Notes under the pieces: generated by a model
What the model was told of the DNA's origin: nothing
The model's database searches: none
The model's input: the letters and a program-made list of their open reading frames with translations, nothing else
Made by a program: the position numbers and the translations under genes
Part shown: one piece after another, positions 59,290 through 64,000 of the stretch
Numbering within the stretch: position 1 is the first letter of the stretch
Layout of the letters: each line of letters starts with the position of its first letter
From: a virus
Lineage: Duplodnaviria > Caudoviricetes
Reading direction: 5' to 3' (one strand)
IMG/VR virus record: IMGVR_UViG_3300038673_000220
Span: 85,135-149,134 of that record
Length of the DNA stretch: 64,000 nucleotides

Positions 59290-59391
59290 TTTATCACTTC
59301 CCTTTATATTAAATACAATAGTATAGATTTCGTAGAGTGCTTAGTTATAAAATCTCTTGTAATTATAAAAAATAACACAGGTGGAGAATTT

Positions 59392-59796
59392 ATGAAGGGT
59401 TCCAGTCTTTTATATCAAGTTAAAGGAAAAACATCTGATCATGATTTCAATGAAAGCGAACTTATTAAAAAACGATTCGATTTTCATTTAGCGCTTCTCA
59501 AAAATTCAGCTCGATATATGCAAGAAGTTGAAGGAAAGAATATTACAGAAGTAACTGATAATATTATGAAGCTAGCTAATGGTCTGGTCGAACGGTTCAA
59601 ATTCGGTTCAAAATTCATTAATGAATTAGATTCCTACATCAAAGCTCGTTTTCAACCAGCTCCGGCTTCATTTAAAAACAGTATTGTTAAGGATTCTGGT
59701 ATCGATGATCCCATCCTTTTCAATCACTTGTTGAGTGATTTTAAAGCATCTGCTGATTTTGAAAATCTAAGCCCTCGTTTTAAAATGATTCTATGA
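59392..59796 (+). CDS. Hypothetical protein
   Basis: 134 aa, GGAG SD. Confidence 0.6.
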   Translation: MKGSSLLYQVKGKTSDHDFNESELIKKRFDFHLALLKNSARYMQEVEGKNITEVTDNIMKLANGLVERFKFGSKFINELDSYIKARFQPAPASFKNSIVKDSGIDDPILFNHLLSDFKASADFENLSPRFKMIL

Positions 59797-59826
59797 TCTT
59801 TGACAATTGAATAGTAAAAAAGGTAA

Positions 59827-59860
59827 TACGCATCTTGCACCATTTGGTGCAAGATGCGTA
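59827..59860. terminator. Bidirectional terminator
   Basis: 15-bp perfect stem between convergent genes. Confidence 0.75.
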
Positions 59861-59868
59861 GTTAGTAT

Positions 59869-61440
59869 TTATTCAGCAATACAAACATTCGATGTAAAAA
59901 GGAAGTCAACTAAAAGCTCAATGATAGCAGAACATTGTGCTTGAATGATATTGACATCATTAATATCATCTTCACTATCAACAAGATTATCAAAGCTCTT
60001 ACCGAGATACTTATAAAGTGTACTGATAAGGCTATCCTGATAAAACATATTAACGATTGTTAGATACAGTACATTATCAACATTGTCAATATTACCACTC
60101 AGAGCTGTAGCATTTGCGTTAGCTGCTTTCATAAAGAAATGCTTAAAGCTTGGATTATTCAATGCTGGAAATAACTGAGCGTTCTCAGAATCATTAACAA
60201 ATTGATTAATAACGATCTGGTAAGCGTTAATCAAGCATTTGGATTTAATAAAAACCTCATTGGATTTGATCTTCGCATCGATCTTAGAAAGACGACTATT
60301 AGTATCAGCTGAAATAACGGATGATAAAGTAACGCCGTCAGTCGGAAGGTTAACATTGTGGAAAAACGCCTTCAAGTATTTATAAACATCAGAGATAGAT
60401 TTACCTTCACGAATAAAATCTTCGTAAACTTCACGATTGATGATATTATCAGTGATGATGAGTTTATCTTTGAATCGAATCTCTTTTACGGTAAGGATCC
60501 AATACTTGATAGCGTAAATAGTCTTAATCACAGTATCAACATTACTGGAAATATCCTGAAGTGTTTCTGTATTGACATCATCAATGATCTTCGTTTTGAC
60601 ATACGAACTGAATAGATCAAATCGTTTTACAGTATTAATGATATCTAAAACATTCGATGCTGTTTTAGTTACGTCTTTAATACGGATAGATGTGTTGATA
60701 CAGAAATTGTCATAATCAAGTTTGTCAGAGATGATACGCCAAAAGAAACTTACTTGATCAGGAGTTAATCCTTGCTGATCAAAGAAAGCTACAAGTGTAT
60801 CAATGATCTTACTATTTACTTCAGCTGGAATTTCAATATCGATGAATTCTTTCGAAAAGTTGAGTTTTGCTAAAATGTAAGAAAGGTTAATGAGACTGAG
60901 GTCTTTTACATTAATATTCGCATTTGAGCAAGCTGCCTCAATAATATCGAATCTCTCATTTTGCCCAATAGAACCCCAGTCTATAAAGGAAAAATTTGAC
61001 TCATTAAGCTCGATATCGCCTTGGCCGTATAGAGTATCAGCTTTCTCACGAACAAGTTGTTCTTGATATTTTAAATGGATCTTTTTCTTCAGATCTTCAA
61101 CAAGAGGAATGATCTTCGAATTGATAGTCGTATAACCTTGTTCAAGAAGAGATGCAAAAGATTTTGCTGTTTGATCAATGATAGATAATCGATTGATGTT
61201 TCGATCATCTTGAAAGTATTCTGAGATACAAGAAAACACATCTTCAACCTGATCAGATTCAGATTCAGAATTCTTAAGATTAACTGAAAGTGACGAAATA
61301 TTTGAACCTATGAGGTTGAGATCTGAATTTTGATTGATGGTGAAGTTCGGGATGTTATTCTGATCGTCTTGAAGAACAAGCTCTTTCAAAGGATCGATAA
61401 CTTTTTCTACAAAGGATTGATTCATTATTATATTCTCCAT
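59869..61440 (-). CDS. Hypothetical (probably virion) protein
   Basis: 523-aa ORF; true start may be the ATG at 61425. Confidence 0.55.
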   Translation of the reverse strand: MENIIMNQSFVEKVIDPLKELVLQDDQNNIPNFTINQNSDLNLIGSNISSLSVNLKNSESESDQVEDVFSCISEYFQDDRNINRLSIIDQTAKSFASLLEQGYTTINSKIIPLVEDLKKKIHLKYQEQLVREKADTLYGQGDIELNESNFSFIDWGSIGQNERFDIIEAACSNANINVKDLSLINLSYILAKLNFSKEFIDIEIPAEVNSKIIDTLVAFFDQQGLTPDQVSFFWRIISDKLDYDNFCINTSIRIKDVTKTASNVLDIINTVKRFDLFSSYVKTKIIDDVNTETLQDISSNVDTVIKTIYAIKYWILTVKEIRFKDKLIITDNIINREVYEDFIREGKSISDVYKYLKAFFHNVNLPTDGVTLSSVISADTNSRLSKIDAKIKSNEVFIKSKCLINAYQIVINQFVNDSENAQLFPALNNPSFKHFFMKAANANATALSGNIDNVDNVLYLTIVNMFYQDSLISTLYKYLGKSFDNLVDSEDDINDVNIIQAQCSAIIELLVDFLFTSNVCIAE

Positions 61441-61449
61441 ATATGAAAA

Positions 61450-61478
61450 TAAGGGAGAGTAGGAATTACTCTCCCTTA
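61450..61478 (-). terminator. Intrinsic terminator
   Basis: 12-bp stem followed by TTTT on the minus strand. Confidence 0.7.
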
Positions 61479-61487
61479 AGTATTTAT

Positions 61488-63638
61488 TTAATTCAGAGTA
61501 TCTTTCTCAAGAGTGAGAGTACTGTTAGCTAAAGTCAAAGCACTATTAGCTAAAGTCAAAGCACTGTCAGCTAATGTAAGCGATCCAGAACTTAACGTAA
61601 GAGTACTATCAGCTAAAGTGAATGTAGTGATATCAGACATAGTTATTCCGGTAAGAACAGCTCCAGTGAATGATCCAGATGGAACATCTCCAGGAAACTT
61701 AATGATGAATCCATCTTCACCACCAGCTCCATCAGATTGAGTACTTCCACCCACATAAATATTACTATCATTTGCAATAGATACAAGATAAGAATACTCA
61801 CTACTTGTTCCACCGTAAACCTTAGACGAAACAACATTCAATGAGCCATCAAAAATGGTCATGAATCCATCATAAGGCCCACTTAGTCCGACCGAGGTAG
61901 TGAAACCTACAGCGATTACATTCCCATTCGGAGCTATTTTAACTTGTTTGAATTGATCAGCCAAACTTCCACCGTAATACTTACGAGCTACGATGTTCAA
62001 AGACGTATCAAACTTAACAATCAAGCTGTTCGGATATGTAGAGCTTCCAACACCTTCAGAATTGGTATTGCCAACGACATAGATATTATCTGAAGAATCA
62101 ATCGCTATGTCGTTAAATATATCACCTGAAGCTCCACCATAATATTTTGACAAAACTAAAGCTAACGAGCTATCAAGTTTGACAATAAGCGCTGAACCTG
62201 AAGTTCCTAACGTAATGGTATACCCAGCGATATAAACATTATCAGCTGAATCAAGTGCTATTCCATAAGCGTATTCAGCTTGAGCCCCACCGTATCGTTT
62301 TCCAGCAAGTTTATTCAAAGAGCTATCAAATTTGATGACAACTACGTCAGAACCAGACCCTTCAGATGCAGTGTATCCAACAGCATAAACATTTCCTAAA
62401 GAATCTGTATCAACCCCTAAGAAATACTCATTTGAACTACCACCGTAAACTTTACCAGCAAGCTTGTTTAAGGAGCTATTAAATTTAATAACGAAACAAC
62501 TTGTTAATGCAACACCTTCAGATGTTGTTTGACCAACAGCATAAATATTATCATTAGCATCGATGTTTACATTGTTGAATTTATCATCACCACCTGATCC
62601 ACCATAAATCTTACGAGCCAGAATATTCAGAGAGCTATCAAACTTGACAATAAGAGCTTCGTAATATCCAGTACCTTCAGAAGCAGTCCACCCAACAACA
62701 TAAAGATTACCTTCTGAATCATTGCAAGCTCCGAAAAATGAATCGGTACTCACTCCACCATAAGTTGCAAGAATAACCTTCTGTCGAATACCTAAACAAC
62801 TGATAGCTTTTTCAACTTTAGCTGTTCCAGCTTGATTATCAATAGATGCGATCAAAACAAATGGTGTATTATCTTTAACACCACCAGTAACATCATTCAA
62901 CTGAATGCTGAATAAAGAACCACTCACTTGGTTGATAACAACATTACTATTCGCTGCAGTTAATCCATAGACTAACGTAGATTCATTGTTATTAAAACCA
63001 ATGATATCCGCGTAATAGGTTGAACCATCAGCAAAATCCATTTGATCAGCCGCTTTTGACTTATCAGCGGTTGTATAGAAATTGATCTCTTCAAGATGTG
63101 ATCCCGGAACATACGTTACTTGAGCAGCTATCTGACTTTGGATGTTGGAGAGGGTCTGACCACTACTCATATAACGACGGCTATTGATAACGATAACGTT
63201 ATTATCATTAGCTGTACTGATATTGATATCTAACGAAAGAGCTTTCGCTAAAATAACTGCAATAGCATCCGTCTGATCAGCCTCAGTAGCTTCAAGAGCG
63301 CTGATGCTATCGAGTAAAGATTGAAGAGAAGTCTCACTTACACCATATTTGATAGTGTTAGTGAGTTGGTCGTATGTAACGACAACGATCTTTCCATTTT
63401 GATCGATTGTAGGTTCTTCAAACTTACCACTGATACCACCTTGTGCTGATAAAAGATCAGTGTAAGAAAAAAGAGATGGTAATGATGGATACAATGTGAC
63501 ACCATCACCTAATTTAAACATACCATCATCAATAGAGAATACCACCACACCATCTGGAATAGGGGTGGTTAATTCATTAAGGACGACGGATGTTCCTCGA
63601 GCGAACTGAACCAACGACTTGATTTGTTTCAATGCCAT
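61488..63638 (-). CDS. Tail fibre/RBP paralog 3
   Basis: FKLGDGVTLYPSLP; seven blades; LTLADSA tail ending LEKDTLN. Confidence 0.75.
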   Translation of the reverse strand: MALKQIKSLVQFARGTSVVLNELTTPIPDGVVVFSIDDGMFKLGDGVTLYPSLPSLFSYTDLLSAQGGISGKFEEPTIDQNGKIVVVTYDQLTNTIKYGVSETSLQSLLDSISALEATEADQTDAIAVILAKALSLDINISTANDNNVIVINSRRYMSSGQTLSNIQSQIAAQVTYVPGSHLEEINFYTTADKSKAADQMDFADGSTYYADIIGFNNNESTLVYGLTAANSNVVINQVSGSLFSIQLNDVTGGVKDNTPFVLIASIDNQAGTAKVEKAISCLGIRQKVILATYGGVSTDSFFGACNDSEGNLYVVGWTASEGTGYYEALIVKFDSSLNILARKIYGGSGGDDKFNNVNIDANDNIYAVGQTTSEGVALTSCFVIKFNSSLNKLAGKVYGGSSNEYFLGVDTDSLGNVYAVGYTASEGSGSDVVVIKFDSSLNKLAGKRYGGAQAEYAYGIALDSADNVYIAGYTITLGTSGSALIVKLDSSLALVLSKYYGGASGDIFNDIAIDSSDNIYVVGNTNSEGVGSSTYPNSLIVKFDTSLNIVARKYYGGSLADQFKQVKIAPNGNVIAVGFTTSVGLSGPYDGFMTIFDGSLNVVSSKVYGGTSSEYSYLVSIANDSNIYVGGSTQSDGAGGEDGFIIKFPGDVPSGSFTGAVLTGITMSDITTFTLADSTLTLSSGSLTLADSALTLANSALTLANSTLTLEKDTLN

Positions 63639-63683
63639 TTTTCTTCACCTAATAAAGGGTTGAATGATTATATATGAAAACTA

Positions 63684-64000
63684 TTAATTTAAATAGTCTT
63701 TTTCATAGGTAAGAGCACTATCAGCTAACGTAAGAGTACTATCAGCTAACGTAAGAGCACTATCAGCTAACGTCAAAGAGCTATCAGCTAATGTTAACGC
63801 ACTATCAGCTAATGTAAGAGAACTATCAGCTAATGTAAGACCTGTAAAAATAGTTCCAGTAAAAGTACCTGAAGGAAAGTTTGATGGGAATTTAGTAATA
63901 AGAGCCTCATCACCTACACTCTCGGATGTAGTGCGCCCAACAGCGTAGATATTCCCAGAACCATCTATAACAACATCATAAAAATAATCAATACCACTTC
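63684..64000 (-). CDS. Tail fibre/RBP paralog 4 (3' end only; truncated by the window)
   Basis: Reads SGIDYFYDVVIDGSGNIYAVG..(LTLADS[AST])x6 LTYEKDYLN*. Confidence 0.8.
   Translation of the reverse strand, partial: SGIDYFYDVVIDGSGNIYAVGRTTSESVGDEALITKFPSNFPSGTFTGTIFTGLTLADSSLTLADSALTLADSSLTLADSALTLADSTLTLADSALTYEKDYLN
63711..63839 (-). repeat. 21-nt coding tandem repeat (LTLADS[AST]) x6
   Basis: CTATCAGCTAA recurring every 21 nt on the + strand. Confidence 0.85.

Noticed and set aside
63711-63839. CRISPR-like array (also 25417-25533 and 8648-8749)
   Set aside because: Contiguous in-frame coding repeats with no unique spacers
1-64000. Stop-codon reassignment, tRNA or rRNA genes, chimallin or tubulin genes
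   Set aside because: Genes are full-length in code 11 with all three stops in use; no cloverleaf or rRNA seen in the short intergenic gaps; no ORF I could recognise as chimallin or PhuZ

Overview
AT-rich (roughly one-third GC), densely coding segment of a phiKZ-like jumbo phage genome (probably nucleus-forming, Chimalliviridae-like; chimallin itself is not visible in this window). It uses the standard genetic code. Contents in order: (1) the conserved early block: SbcD-like nuclease, SSB-like protein, non-virion RNAP sigma-like, beta and beta' subunits, a probable PicA/Imp1-like import factor and an SF2 helicase carrying a mini-intein; (2) baseplate/spike genes and a holin; (3) four paralogous beta-propeller tail-fibre/RBP genes in two convergent pairs about 36 kb apart; (4) virion RNAP beta' and beta, the latter split by an ORF-less group I intron; (5) a 2455-aa tail protein with two muramidase domains; (6) internal head/inner-body proteins; (7) a divergent GroEL-like chaperonin and a family B DNA polymerase fragment. 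Main observations: a predicted -1 frameshift (G/GT-type), nucleotide-level blade sharing among the RBP paralogs including a ~100-nt inverted repeat that could swap fibre C-termini, an FG-repeat tail on the gene next to the putative import factor, and an acidic/basic dual-coding overlap at the polymerase end. All homologue assignments come from recalled motifs and synteny, not from database searches.
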